Shown here in pieces: positions 12,255 to 26,397 of a stretch of DNA of 64,000 bases. Below the pieces are notes generated by a model. It did no database searches. It was not told the origin of the DNA and saw only the letters and a program-made list of their open reading frames with translations. The stretch's first letter is position 1; each line of letters opens with the position of its first letter. The position numbers and the translations under genes are program-made. Origin of the DNA: Somniosus microcephalus (lineage: Eukaryota); the NCBI GenBank assembly GCA_052327205.1, contig CM126224.1, forward strand, positions 15,810,001-15,874,000, written 5' to 3'.

Positions 12255-13270
12255 TTAAGAGAGCGCTCATCAGAAAATAATGCTGCGGATTTTAGATCAG
12301 TGAATGTGAAGTTCTTGAACACCTGAAAATTTGGTGCCTAAGTTGTACCTTTATTCAAGTCTGTGTTCTGAATACAGGGATACGCAGGGAACAAATCTGA
12401 ATTTTTCTTTTAACTTTGATCATAAAAGGGAGAACTTATACAAGGTATAAAGGCACTCTCCTAACATCCAAATGTTATTGAATCCTCAATCTCAAGTCCC
12501 TTGACAATTAAAAACTGCTATTACAAAACAAGAGGTTCGCGCCATTTCTCTATTAATAGATCACTCATCTTGGGAATCATAGATCTGCACCGCCCCTTAA
12601 ACCTTTCCCTCTCCCCAAATTTTGTTCCCTCCCCTTTCCACAGCTTCATGGTTGCCAAATACTTATGTTTGTTTGGATTTTTGTTGAAGTTTAATATGAG
12701 TTTTGTGACGCTCTTGTGTATTTTTGAGCTGCCTGCTTCACAATGTCTTCAGCAGAGGCCTGGGGCGAGGATACCCAACCTCTGAGCCAAGGGTAGTGAG
12801 GGGCAGGCAAACCAGTCCCTGATTGGGGGATGGGACAAAATAATTGTAGAAGAAACCTTACCCTCACCTCAAAAAACAGCCAAAGATGTGCTTTTGTTTA
12901 GGAGAAATGGGACAGCTGGAAGAGAGGCACAGTGCCACTGTAGAACACAGCAGAGGCACACAATTGGGATTCACAGAATGACAACAGCCGTAACTCACTC
13001 TCCCTTTCCGCAGGAGGTGTGACAATGACACAGGGTCCCAACAATCTAGCAAACCGTGGTATGAGGCTCTGTCCTTGTCAGAGATATCAGAGTTCGAAGG
13101 AAAAGTTCATTGTTATTAACCTAATCAACAAAAGCAAATTTAATTTAACTTAATTCAGGAATATATCACTGTTACCAAAACACATACAACCCTGCAAAGT
13201 TGAGTAATATAGAAAGTAATCCTTTAATGGCAGCATTTCTAAATTAATCTAATTTGCATATGACAACATA

Positions 13271-15425
13271 TTTTTTTTATTTATTCGTTCATGGGATGTG
13301 GGCGTCGCTGGCAAGGCCAGCATTTATTGCCCATCCCTAGTTGTCCTCGAGAAGGTGGTGGTGAGCCGCCTCCTTGAACGGCTGCAGTCCGTGTGATGAA
13401 GGTACTCCCACAGTGCTGTTAGGGAGGGAGTTCCAGGATTTTGACACAGCGCCGATGAAGGATCGACGATATACTTCCAAGTCAGGATGCTGTGTGTTAT
13501 TTGGAGGGGAACCTGGAGGTGGTCGTGTTCCCTTGCGCCTGCTGCCCTTCGAGGTGGAAGAGGTCGCGGGTTTGGGAGGTACTGCCGAAGAAGCCTTGGC
13601 GAGTTGCTGCAGTGCATCTTGTAGATAATACACACTGTAGCCACGGTACGCCGGTGGTGGAGGGAGTGAATGTTTAAGGTGGTGGATGGGGTGCCAATCA
13701 AGCAATCTGCTTTGTCCTGGATGGTGTTGAGCTTGAGTGTTGTTGGAGCTGCACTCATCCTGGCAAGTGGAGAGTATTCCATCACACTCCTGACCTGTGC
13801 CTTGTAGATGGTAGAAAGACTTTGGGGAGTCAGGGGGGTGAGACACTCGCCGCAGAATACCCAGCCTCTGACCTGCTCTTGTAGCCACAGTATTTATGTG
13901 GCTGGTCCAGTTAAGTTTCTGGTCAATGGTGACCCCCAGGATGTTGATGGTGGGGGATTTGGCGATGGTAATGTCGTTGAATGTCAAGGGGAGGTGGTTA
14001 GACTCTCGCTTGTTGGAGATAGTCATTGCCTGGCACTTGTGTGGTACGAATGTTACTTGCCACTTATCAGCTCAAGCCTGACTGTCATCCAGGTCTTGCT
14101 GCATTCAGGCATGGACTGCTTCATTATCTGAGGAGTTGTGAATGGCACTGAACACTGCAATCGAAGCGAACATCCCCACTTCTGACTTTATGATGGAGGG
14201 AAGGTCATTGATGAAGCAGCTGAAGATGGTTGGGCCTAGGACACTGCCCTGAGGAAGTCCTGCAGCGATGTCCTGGGGCTGAGATGATTGACCTCCAACA
14301 ACTACAACCAACTTTCTTTGTGCTAGGTATGGCTCCAGCCAGTGGAGAGTTTTCCACCCGATTCCCATTGACTTAAATTTTACTAGGGCGCGTTGATGCC
14401 AAACTCGGTCAAATGCTGCCTTGATGTCAAGGGCAGTCACTCTCACCTCACCTCTGGAATTCAGCTCTTCAATCCATGATTGGACTACGGCTGTAATGCG
14501 GTCTGGAGCCGAGCGGTCCTGGTAGAACCCGAACTGAGCATCAGTGAGCAGGTTATTGGGGAGTAAGTGCCGCTTGATAGCACTGTCGACGACACGTTCC
14601 ATCACTTTGCTGATGATTGAGAGTAGACTGATGGGGCGGTAATTGGCTGGATTGGATTTGTCCTTTTTGTGGACAGGACATACCTGGGCAGTTTTTCCAC
14701 ATTGTCGGGTAGATGCCAGTGTTGTAGCTGTACTGGAACAACTCGTCCAGAGGTGCGGCTAGTTCTGGAGCACAAGTCTTCAGCACGACAGCCGGGATGT
14801 TGCCGGGGTCTATAGCCTTTGCTGCATCCAGTGCACTCAGTCGTTTCTTGGTATCACGTGGAGTGAATCGAATTGGCTGAAGACTGGCTTCTGTGATGGT
14901 GGGGACCTCAGGAGGAGGCCAATATGGATCATCCATTCGGCACTTCTGGCTGAAGATGGTTGCAAATGCTTCAGCCTTGTCTTTTGCACTCACATGCTGG
15001 GCTTTGCCATCTTTGAGGATGGGGAAATTCATGGAGCCTCCCCCTCCCGTTAGTTAATTGTCCACCACCATTCACCACTGGATGTGGCAGGACTGCAGAG
15101 CTTTGATCTGATCAGTTGGTTGTGGGATTGCTTAGCCCTGTCTATAGCATGCTGCTTCCGCTGTTCAGCATGTTTGTAGTCCTGTGTTGCAGCTTTCCCA
15201 GGTTGCCGCCTCATTTTTTGGTATGCCTGGTACTGCTCCTGGCATGCTCTTCTGCACTCATCATTGAACCAGGGTTGATTCCCCAGCTTGATGGTAATGG
15301 TAGAGTGAGGGATATGCTGGGCCATGAGGTTACAGATTGTGGTGGAATACACTTCTGCTGCTGTTGATGGCCCACAGCACCTCATGGATGCACAGTTTTG
15401 AGCTGCTAGATCTGTTCTGAATCTA
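13271..15425 (-). mobile_element. CR1-group non-LTR retrotransposon (distinct clade), 2.1 kb, frameshifted ORF2 with A-rich tail
   Basis: [52 protein letters not shown] and KSWNSLP motifs. The 3' end reads GGGCAATAAATGCTGG...AATAAAAAAA. Confidence 0.9.
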
Positions 15426-15639
15426 AAATTTAATTATCAAAATATGTTTTCCCGATTGTAACAGAAGTGTATTTGTTTCAATGGTTGAGTTATTAAACAA
15501 ATACTCCTAATAATGTCATAGAACAGTCTTTAAAAGATAACATGCATTATTGCATCATTTTTCTTTTACGCTGTAATGTTTTTTGTTGTCAATTTTCTCC
15601 CCCTCTTCTTCCCTGAAGGGATTGACACTGGATTTTTCA

Positions 15640-15860
15640 GAGCACCCATCAGTAACTCAGTGAGGTGACCATTCTTCACGTGAGCCGAGTAATGTTTTGG
15701 TGGTGGGCATCACAGCTGACCGCGCCAGACATCCACACATCAACCTTTCAAAACGGGTCCACTGGATAGAAAACAGGAGGGTATCCCTGGCTCAATTTTC
15801 CTCCCTCTAGCTCAGGAACATTGATGCCAATTGTGTCTCCTTTAACCTTTTTGAACTCAG
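15640..15860 (-). mobile_element. Unassigned ancient SINE family copy
   Basis: Reverse complement of the recurrent core ctatccagtgaccc..gaaag..gtgtggatgtc..gctgtgatgccc..gaagaatgg. Confidence 0.5.
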
Positions 15861-15914
15861 CAGAAATGGAATAAAAACACTAAGTGATAGAAATACACAA
15901 CGGGTATATATATT

Positions 15915-16000
15915 TTTATATTTTTTGTGGGATGTGGGCATCGCTGGCAAAGCCAGCATTTATTGCCCATCCCTAATTGCACTTAAGGTGGTGGTGAGCT
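15915..16000 (-). mobile_element. 3' tail fragment of the 13271-type LINE
   Basis: gggatgtgggcatcgctggcaaagccagcatttattgcccatcccta matches 13292-13339. Confidence 0.8.
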
Positions 16001-16139
16001 CAGTTATGTACTGCTTTTGCCAGTGGAGGAGCTGTCTAAAAGTATTTTATCAGGAAAAAACCAAGGTGCATACTCTGTCAACTGGGCCACCTTCAACCAT
16101 ATATCGATGATAAAACTTGGGAATGAATTAGAAACTGGC

Positions 16140-16640
16140 TGAAGCATCAAAAATAATGGATTAGAGGAAAATGTCTGAGAAGGATGTTCCAGGGATCGGT
16201 GTTGGGACCACGACTATTTGTAACCTTATCAACAATTTGGATTCAGAAACTCAAATGCAAATTTTCAAATGATACCAAACTAGGAGGGACAGTGGTGTCA
16301 GAAAAGGCAGCCCACAAATTATAGAATGAGTTGATAAATTATGTAATTAGGCAGAACACTGGCAGATGAAATTTAATGCAGACAAGTGTAAAGTACTCAT
16401 ATAGGATGGAAAAATGGGCAACACATGTACTCTATGAACTGTGTCGTAATAGCCAAGGATGAAGCTGAAAGAGATCTAGGATTCTTAGTAGACTCAACAT
16501 ATCCAATGGTTGTACAGCAGCAAATCAACCAAGCCAATAGAATGTTGAACGATATCACCAAGACAGTAAAATACAATCAACAAAGTTGCAATCAAAATTT
16601 ACAGTGCTCTGGGCAGACATCTTGTTCATACTCAATTATC
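16140..16640 (+). mobile_element. Old CR1 RT fragment
   Basis: Degenerate [27 protein letters not shown] and ERDLG motifs. Confidence 0.75.
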
Positions 16641-16826
16641 CACTGAAGGAGTTGGCCACTCTATAAAGACCAAAGTGATCCTAGATGTCAACCGATTTCA
16701 ATGCACAGTGGTTTCTAACCATGTTTGTTCGGTTTACAATATAGAAATCCCATACAGCACTGTAAAAAGTCGATTTTCTCTTTATTGATTGAACGTGAAC
16801 TGCAATCGCCAGCTTCCCCTTGGCTA

Positions 16827-17063
<237 letters not shown>

Positions 17064-17552
17064 TCAGAACAGCAATACAACAGGCAAAACATAGCTGAAT
17101 ATATATTTTAACTCATGTTCCTCACTGGAGTGCTGTTTAGCACTTAATCTAATTACAGTAGCAGAATTAATCATGATAAAATGAGGTACCGCAGGAATAG
17201 CAGAGGATTGTGTCATGGGATTCTCTGGAACTAATAACCTAAAAACAATGAACTAATGATAAAGTTCAACGTGCACGATCTTGATTCAGCAAATTAAAAG
17301 TTTAATTAGGTACTAGAGTTACAGCAGCCAGCTGCTGAGTGATTGGCCCAATTTGGAGCAATCCAGGCAGACGACCAACTTGTTGTTTCTACAGAAAATG
17401 ATTGCTTTTTCTTTTTCTTGTCCCAAATTCTACCATGAAAGGAAAATTTTAACGAATCAGAATTTGATAATGAGTGGGATCAGCACAGTGTAAAAAGTAT
17501 TCAAGTATTCTAGATAAGTGGAACAGGAGAACAATTTTTACGCTGAGGATTT

Positions 17553-17950
17553 CACAGAATCATAAAATTTTACAGTCCATCACCTCTGTGCTGGCTCTCT
17601 GAAAGAGCTAGCCACTTAGTCCCATTCCCCTGCATTTCTTTATACCTTTTAAATTTGTCTTATTGAAGTATTTAAGCCACTTCCATTTCTAAACCTATTC
17701 AGAATTCTGCTTCCTTCACTTTTTCCAGTAGGGTACTCAATCTCATAGCAACCCTCTGCACAAAAAAAGCACTTCTGACCTGTTCCTTCATTCTTTTGGT
17801 ACTGATCTTAACTTTATACCCATCGATTCACCAATCAGTTGAAATGGTTTTTCCCTTTTTACCAATGAAAACTCCTCAATTTTGAACACCTCTAACAGAT
17901 CTCCTCTTAAACATCTTTGTTCCTGTGAACAGAGTCCCAGTTTCCTTTGT
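17553..17950 (-). mobile_element. Old CR1 3' fragment
   Basis: cacagaatcata tail and degenerate agatctcctcttaa (LRGDL) motif. Confidence 0.6.
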
Positions 17951-18509
17951 GTATGGTTCTAACTAAAGCCTTTTATCCTTCCCAAGGTATAATTATCCCT
18001 TTTCTTGGTCATCCTGTGCCGTGCACCATCTGTAACAGACACATCTCCAAGGTTTCTACCAATGCCATTCTGAAAGCAGCTGCAAGGAGGTGCGTTGGCA
18101 CAGGCTGGCAAAGCTTCTTTCTTGTTGTGAGGGAGCACATGATCTCAGTTCAGTGCCTCCATGTAGGAAGCAGCACACAGTAACTCTGCTTAGAACGTAA
18201 ATCATGACTGGAATTGCCAAACCCAATGCTCTTTCACAGCTCAACTTCTCAATATTGTAAAACTATTCCAGCAGTGTCACAACCCACTGCAAAAGCATGG
18301 TAATAGTTTATTAGCGAGTACTGTAGTTGTATAGAAAAACTGCAGTCCTCTTCAAAAATCATCGCTCTAAACTTAACTCAATTCAATGGGGACCAATGAA
18401 ATGTCACAATATTGCACCAGGTCACAGAAACACAATCGATTGGTTAACCTGATCAGGAGGCCAGCCACCTTGTGTTGAGTTTAATATGCCTTTTAAAAAC
18501 TTAATATAT

Positions 18510-18790
18510 CTTTATAGGTGCCTTATTGGGGAAACGCACTGCATGGTGTGGTACTAAAACATTCAGACCAAAATCCCTCAAGTTCAAATTCCTTGTCTGT
18601 GATCTCAGTTGGGCAGGCAAGTGGGTGATGAGAATTGACTTAAGTGTCTGTGGGCTAAGGAGAAGTAAAATCAGCCTGGATTCCTGCTTCTGATCGCTAT
18701 CCTGTGGCCCCCAATTGGAAAGAGCACGTGGATGGTCATCAATGAGAAAATGATTCAGGAATTGGTGGGCTGAAGCCCCAATAGACTCCC
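18510..18790 (+). mobile_element. Unassigned tRNA-derived SINE copy
   Basis: Head ggtgtggtact..cagacc..agttcaaat and core tgatcgctatcc..ggaaagagcacgtggatg. Confidence 0.5.
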
Positions 18791-19518
18791 ATCATAACTC
18801 TGCACCTTCAAGAGAGGGCAGAAAGTTGGGAGAAAAAAAAGGGTGCAACTTAAGGCCATGGTTGAGCCTTATCCTAGTGTATTCATTTAATTAACATGCA
18901 ACACTAGAGTTTCATCAGAACAATATTCGTTTTTAATTTTTGATGGAGCTGGATTATTTGAATTCCCTCCTGTACTTTGGAGGTCTTCCTAAAACTATTG
19001 TGGAAAGCAAGTTAAAGATCACGACTCCTAAAATCCTATTAAGCACTCAAACCAATTCTCTGTCTTTAGGAATATATTTAACAGGTAGAGACATACAGAA
19101 GGCAAGGATGCAGACATCTACACTGGAGTGGACTTCAGTGCATGGGGAAAGTGTGCTTACATTCATCCTCCAAAGGTTTTGTCAGCTAGCAGTGAGCTTT
19201 ATAGCATGAGTTAATTAAAGCAGATTTCAAAACACATCAGTCCTTGCTGAACTTATATTAAAACAAGAGCTAAGACAAGCAGTGCTTTTACACCAGCGAC
19301 AGATTCAAACAGCAGCCCGGAAGGTGCTATAATGAACCCAAGTAGCTTAAAATTCAGTGCTAGCCAGCAAGCATATTCCATGGGGATCCAACTGCCTTGC
19401 GATACCAGCCTATGTCTGTGCTTAAACAGCTGGATATCAGAGGAACTGTCTGGCTCAACACAGATGTTTGGATCAATCTGAACAGTTGGTCGAATTCTGA
19501 AATCACTCTGGGACACTT

Positions 19519-20216
19519 GGGGAGTAATTTTAACCCCCAAAATGGGTGGGTTTGGGTTGGGTGGGAAGTAAAAATGTTAAAATTTCAAATAGAAACCCAA
19601 CCCACCCACTTCCGGTTTTAACCGAGATGGGACGAGGGGCAGGTGACCCAATCTGCTCTCGGGAGACGGGCCCATCGTTGAAATCTTTTAAGGAGGCTGC
19701 ATGCCTTCATTTGAACAAGATTTGTATTTTTTGCTGTGGTCATCCAGGTCTTCCTGGCTTCGGGAAACCCAGCAGGTAAAAGGAGGAGAGAAGGGCTGGA
19801 TTCATAAGCTAAGTGCCTTTACAACACTGCTAATGGGCCAGGAGGAGCAGAAGTGTTTCCTCCAGGCCCAGCAAGCTTACCCTGTAAATGCCACCCACCC
19901 ACCTCCACGATCTCCAGCCCCCAAACCCCGCCCACATTCACCAACCCCCTCCCACCCACAATCTCCCCCCGCGATCTGTCAGCTTCCCCGACCATGCTCT
20001 ACCTATTCCCCCGCGATCTGTCAGCTTCCCCGACCATGCTCTACCTATTCCCCCCCGCCCCTCTACCTACTCACCGCCCCCCCCACCCCTCTACCTACCT
20101 CCCCCCCCCCACTACCAGCAGCCTTTTCCAGAGCCGACAGGCGTCCAAGCCTGTCAATCAGGCTGGCTTTCGGGCGGAGTACTTCCAGGTTTCCCATCCC
20201 AGTAAATATCGGGGCC
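19519..20216. mobile_element. GC-rich non-autonomous DNA element (Harbinger-like ends)
   Basis: Begins GGGGAGTAATTTTAAC and ends GTAAATATCGGGGCC (imperfect TIR). CpG-rich, with a 42-bp tandem duplication at about 19966-20055. No clear TSD. Confidence 0.5.
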
Positions 20217-20302
20217 ACGGGGTCAGTGCTTTACAGCTGAATGTCCACCCTGGCACCATTGCTTCCCTTCAACCATACCAGGAGGATGAGCTAAAAACTT
20301 AC

Positions 20303-20352
20303 CATGACATAATAATGTCTGAAGAGCTTCAGTTTCGCCAAGTTAATTGCAG
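20303..20352 (-). CDS. GPR107: GPR107 exon 15 (AAINLAKLKLFRHYYVM)
   Basis: 50 nt, phase 1/0, cttacag acceptor, GTAAGT donor. Follows a 23.3 kb intron. Confidence 0.97.
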
Positions 20353-21581
20353 CTGTAAGAAGACAGAGAGAAAATTAATAGGATCATAACAGGAATTAAG
20401 CTGAACTTCAAAATACACCAGTCCCGGCAACTTAGAGAAGAAATGTCCTACTATATTTTGTTCATGTCTATCTATTTATGTGGATGGCTTACCTAATTAG
20501 GAGAAAAGGGGTGTTAAACCTTTGATCCTAAAAGCCCACAGATTGTAGGAAGAAAGAAAGAATGAAGGTGAGCAGTTCCACAGTTTTGAATTTGTCAGGA
20601 AGAATAAATTAGAGTAGGAGATGGTGCAAGTCTTGATTTCAACATGGGTGATAATGCAAGAGGATGACAGTCTGTGGAGCTTGGGGGAATGAGAGTGGAA
20701 AGTTCAGAGGAGCAATGATCATATTACTAACTGCAACTATCAAACACATAAAATAACACAACCTCCAACCATATCTAGGCGTGTATGGGCAAAACCTAAC
20801 CAATGCGAACTCTGAGGCTGTAAAGACTGAAGCATTGGAAGCACGTTTGTGTAGCTCTGTTTGTCTCCAATGACTGGAGCCCATGTAAACTACATAATGT
20901 ATCTCCAGTCATCTATGAGGGATTCAGAAGAAGAAAGGAAACAAATGGCCTGTCAGCCAGTGCTTCTCTGGTTCTGTGTTATGCAGATGGCAAACCTTGG
21001 TTGTGGCTGTTTGACAGGATGGTTAGTAGGTTACAAGTCAGCAGGTGCTTAGCCTCTTCACAGTGTTTGTGACTGAAGATTCGCGCTGAGCTGTCCCCAA
21101 GGCAGCTGTGTAGCACAGATAAAGAGACTTTTAAACAGAATGTTCCAGCATTAAATATTAATGGCTGCACAATTCGGTTTGTTTGGGACCTGTCACAGAA
21201 AGGTCATCATGAAATTTTTGTACTGAAAGCTTACATTCAGTACCACCAAGGAATAATATGTTACTGAGATCTTTGGAGTCTCTTTACTGTGTGTAGTGTT
21301 CTGAAGATGAAACCCCAAATCCCAGTGTGGCACTACCCTCGACACCCCAGCCCAAGGGCAGGCAGCAGACCTGCTCTTCTGCCAATGCTGGTTTGTATAC
21401 GAAGAGAGAGTTCAATCTACGCACTCCCCTTGATGCTCACTATTTAGCCTCACGCACAAGTGAAGTACAGAAGCTTGTTGATGCCAGTGGATTTGTGTAC
21501 AGCATGTGTTGTCAGCTTCAGGAGATGAGTGTGGACAGCAAGGGGAAAAAACAGTAAGCAGGAAACTGTTAGAGCAACAGG

Positions 21582-21720
21582 CTAGAAAATCTCAGCGCAG
21601 GAGGAGGCCATTCAGCCCATCGTGTGTGTGGCAGCTCTTTGAAGGAGCTATCCAATTCGTTCTACTCCCCTAGTCCTGCAAATTACTCCTTTTCAAGTAT
21701 ATATACACAATTCCCTTTGT
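21582..21720 (-). mobile_element. CR1 3' tail fragment
   Basis: caggaggaggccattcagcccatcg...gctctttgaaggagctatccaatt. Confidence 0.7.
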
Positions 21721-22776
21721 CCAACAGCAGTCCAATGAAACCAGTAATAGAAGTTCAGATGTCACAGTTTGCTATTTGTTGCAAACTGAAGGTCATAAAT
21801 CTATCAGGGACTTGATATCAAGGCTATGATAAAGAAACACTTAAAATATTTTGTTCAACACCCGAATCCAGAATTCTCTGTGGTTTGTACTTAACACATC
21901 ATTTGCACTGACCAAGAATAATTTTTCCTATTATCCTATATTTTGGATCTAAATCCACAACACCCAACTTGCATTCTTCCATATTGCAGACACAGAGCTG
22001 ACGTGTTTCCAATACAGTCAGTCAATCATAATTGAGGAATGCATAAAACCAGAAGAAAATTCTTAATTTTCAATATTCTTCCAGTTGGTTTGCTAGGCTA
22101 GGTTTAATGCAGTCCACCCGAGGGAGAGGTGAAGAAAACCAATCTAACTGGTTCATTTCGTCTGGCAAGTTCGGGCTGGTATCCAATTTCTGTTATAGAA
22201 TGTTTTTCTTAAAAGCAAAAAAAAAGGAATGGTCTCGTTCTAATTTGAGAAATGCAAGACTTAACCTCTTGTACACTTGGAATACTTTTTCCCGACAGCA
22301 GTGTATCTAAAACAATAACTTCAGGCATTGTGCACAATGTGATCCAAATACGGCAGGTCACCAACTTGCTCAAATGCTATGAAATGCAAACAGGCTGTCA
22401 AGCTCTTATTTTTCTTGCAATGCAAGTAAAATTGAGTTGTAGTTTCCTGCAAAATAAACCACAAAGTATCAGACCAGATTAGCCATTGGCCCAGACGAGT
22501 AAATTAAACTCAGATGTCCGAGTGGTTCTAATTTTCTGCTAACTGAACAGCTATTCACGGAGTTCATACCACATAACAAGATAACGCATTGAAAACTGAA
22601 ATACAATCTTGCAGGTCAAATATATTTATATTAAACCCACCCCGCCCCAAACGCAAGCAAAAATCCTGTTCACATGCACTGTCCAGTCGGGGTCACTGGA
22701 GAACGATCATGGCTGGAACCACCAGCTGATTTTTTTTCTTCTGCTTAATGAATTAATTTAAATTAGAAACTGAATA

Positions 22777-23342
22777 CTGGAAACTCTCATTTAAGTGGCA
22801 CCTAAATATCCGGAATTCTCTATTAACCGGCAAAATTCATACTCCGAAAACAACACCTCAATAACCGAAAATGTTGCCGAGTCCAAGTCTCCCACGGTGG
22901 CCGAGTTAGTCAGTGGAGGTAGTTCTCCAAACTGCCACTTGTCGCTGTCGGAAGTCCGAACACCTCAATAAAAAGGAAGTTGAAGCAGTGGAAGTGCCTG
23001 AAGAATCTGTTGAAGTGCATGATCCTGATGATCCAGCTGGCTTGGAATAAGTATACAGTCAACTACAGTACTGTATACAGTCGTTTACTGTATAAGTTTT
23101 GTTTTACTGTTGTCATTAAAGAGTTATGGATTACCCTCAACTGGCAGTACTGTACTTAATCAAGCATCTTCCACCATCCATTTAACACAACATTCTGTAG
23201 GTGAGTATCCAATTACTGTACACTGCACATTTCTTGATTTATTTATTTTTGTTTGTTAAAAATAACCTCTCCGTCATCCGGAATTTTTAATCAACCGGCA
23301 CCATCCCGGTCCCGTCGGTGCCGGATACCAAAGAGTTTCCTG
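22777..23342. mobile_element. Tigger/pogo-like MITE (related subfamily)
   Basis: TA-CTGGAAACTCT ... cggtcccgtcggtgccggataccaaAGAGTTTCCTG-TA. The right end is shared with copies A, B and C. Confidence 0.8.
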
Positions 23343-25654
23343 TACATCTTCACTAACCCAATAGGTATTTTCAGTCTGGATTCCAACATTAGTTTGGAAT
23401 TCTGCCCTACTCTTCCACCCCCCGTGTTACCAATAATTTGGGAAGCAGTTTCCCCCCTCCTCCTGCCGGGCACCTTTCCCCAACAGCCAGGATGCTCCCA
23501 AGCTCTCCTAATACTGCTCCAGCTGGGTGCATCTAGGGTCAATTCTCCCTCCGAGTTTTCCTCCCTCTGCTTTGGTCCCACTTCCCAAATGTTAAAAAGT
23601 CAAAAGTTCACCACAAATTAAACATCAGGGTGGGGAGGGGGAGAGAGGAGAAGAAAGCGAGGGAGATCACACATTCCAGAATGACACAGTTGCCCGAAAA
23701 ATCTGAAAGGTTACAGTACTGGACAGAAACTTGTCTTCGCCTGCCTGTTTATCCTAACCCATCAAATCACATTTCGGTTTGAGCTGTCAGATGAAATTTA
23801 CATCGTCTATCAAAAGAGACAGACTGACATTGCAACAGTTTGACTGGGGCCTAACAGTCCCTTCACACTTGCATTATATCATTTTGACAAGTCTACTTAA
23901 TAGTTTAAAATAGATTAAACTATATTTGATGAATAGCAAAGCAAATGCAACAACCAATACCGCATGCCTCAAGCAGGTCCCCAGCAATTTGCTGTAGATC
24001 ACTTCAGTCAGAACCTCGACAGCACAGTGTCTGATACAGTGATTGGCACCATCAACTCTTTCATTCTTTCCCAGGACCTCAAAATTATAGAACAGCTTAC
24101 CCTTCCACATCCTCACAGCTATCATCTACAGCTGGGCTATTCATGCAGTCTGCAGACCATATATTGCCCTTGCAAGTCTCTTTTGGGGCCCTTAGCCCCT
24201 TGGTTTCTTGTCTTATCTGCTCTTTTGCAGCTGCCACTACTGCCCCCCATTATACTGCTGCTGATCTCACCCGTGCCACTGCTGCCCACGGGGCGATTTC
24301 CCCCCATCCACCGCCCCAACACTCACCGTTCTCATGCTTGCAAATGTTATGAACCCTATCTGGAATGTGCAGTGTGACACAATATATCCCGCTGATGGAT
24401 CGAGAGCTGGAATTTCAAATTTGTTCACACAGCAAGTTTGAATACATCTGTTAAACCAAAATGAGCAATGGCCTCGTTTAAACTGAAATTTTATGAATGC
24501 TTAACATAAATCTCAAGCCAAAGCTGTAACTGATGATACATAGCTTCTTCCTGTTAAATTAAGTTATCCAGTCTCCTCAGTGTCAGGGTCCACTGCAGCA
24601 TGTGGTCAGTCAGTACGAGGAAGACCGAGTGCAGTGACCTGATATAGACTCAGGACACACATACGTACAACATGCAGGCATGCACAGACATATATGCGAG
24701 CAGACACACAGACTGCAGAAAGAAGAGTCTGTTGTTGAGTCACTAGCTGAGGAAACAGACAGTGGAATGTAATCCCTTTGCTCAATTATTGAATGAAATA
24801 AAAACACAAACAGGCACAGGATGCAGAGACACACGGACAGAGATACGAACAGACACAGAAGCGTAGACACAGGTACAGAGAAAGACCCAGAAACTAATGC
24901 TGCAAATTCACAAACATTTTCACATTTTGCCTGCAAAATATGCATAATTACTATAGTTAACAGTAGGTCCATTGGGTCGGGTTGCAATGGGTCTGAGAGT
25001 GATCCTCAAGCCACCCACTTCTTCAGATGTTGGTTCTTGACCAAAAGTTATTAAGTACCCCCGATATGCAGGCTATTAAAACCCAAGATTTGCATGGTGT
25101 AAATACGACTTAATTTTGCCTCACATTCTTTCCCACCGTTTTCAAAACTTGGCATCTTGCACTACGGGCCTTTGCCCTTCACCTCAGAAATGATAACGTT
25201 TGTGTTACTTTTCTCTTTTTACAGCCATCTTGCTGCCACAGTAGGAGACTCTCCCTCACCCCCCCCTTTGCCTTATTACATCTCTCCACACGGTCAAAAG
25301 CCTCCTTCAAATTTATCTTTTCAATCACCTCCCCTAATTTCCCTCCAACTCAGGTTTTGATTCCCAACTGTGAAGCACCTCAGAGGTTTCACAAGGTTCA
25401 GGTGCCATTATAAAATCAAAGCTGTGCTGTTGAAAATGAAAAGGCAGTGCCAGCTAGGAAGAACTGAACTAAGATGGGTCTTCCCAGCCTTAGCTAATCT
25501 CTCAAGTATACTTTGGTGTTGCTGCTGGCTGCAAGAGATTGACAAACTGCACTCTGAAACCAGCACTCAAGGGGCACCAAAGAACAACAAGGCCTCAGAC
25601 TGTCTCTCCACAGAAAGCCTTAAGCAAAGACCAGCCACTTCTCCACAAACAACA

Positions 25655-25870
25655 CTGAGCATTTATACAGTGCCGAAAACGTAGTAAGACACCCCAAAGC
25701 ACTTCTCAGGATAGTTACCAAAAATAATTTGACACCGAGCCGCATAAAGGAGGTATTCGAACAGGCTTGGTCAAAGAGGTAGGCTTTAGGGAGCGTCTTA
25801 AAAGGAAGAGAGGTAGTGATGCAGAGAGATTTAGGGAGAGAATTCCAGAGCTTAGGGCCCAGGTACCTAT
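25655..25870 (-). mobile_element. L2 3' end
   Basis: Reads LGPKLWNSLPKSL...FKTLPKAYLFDQA followed by an L2 tail. Confidence 0.8.
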
Positions 25871-25939
25871 TCAAACTTCTCCCAGTAGACATTTGCCAAC
25901 AATGGTCTATAATGCGCACAAAGGGGGGGGGGGGGGCGG

Positions 25940-26292
25940 GTTTTTTTTTAATTCATTGATGGGATGTGGGCGTCGCTGGCTGGCTGGGCCTGCATTTAGT
26001 GCTCATCCCTAATTGCCCTCGAGAAGATGGTGGTGAGCCGCCTTCTTGAACCGCTGCAGTCCATATGGTGTAGGTACACCCACAATGCTGTTAGGAAGGG
26101 AGTTCCAGGATTTTGGCCCAACGACAGTGAAGGAATGGTGATACAGGTCCAAGTCAGGATGGTGTGTGGCTTGGAGGGAAACTTGTAGGTGGTGATGTTC
26201 CCATGCGTCTGCTGCCCTTGTCCTTCTAAGTGGTAGAGGTCGCGGGTTTGGAAGGTGCTGTTGAAGGAGCTTTGGCAAGTTGCTGCAGTACA
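25940..26292 (-). mobile_element. 3' fragment of the 13271-type LINE
   Basis: KSWNSLPNSIVGVPTPYGLQRFKKAAHHHLLEGN. Collinear with 13280-13610. Confidence 0.88.
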
Positions 26293-26397
26293 ACTTAAAA
26301 GAAGCCTGCTTCCCGGCTTCGGGGGAGGGGGGTTGGAGAGGAAACAGTGCCAGTACAGCGAACAGGAATAGCTGGTCCAAGAAGTTGATTTCTTTTT

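Noticed and set aside
19701-20389. Overlapping 105-179 aa Pro-rich ORFs
   Set aside because: They arise from C-rich low-complexity sequence and a 42-bp duplication within a non-autonomous element.
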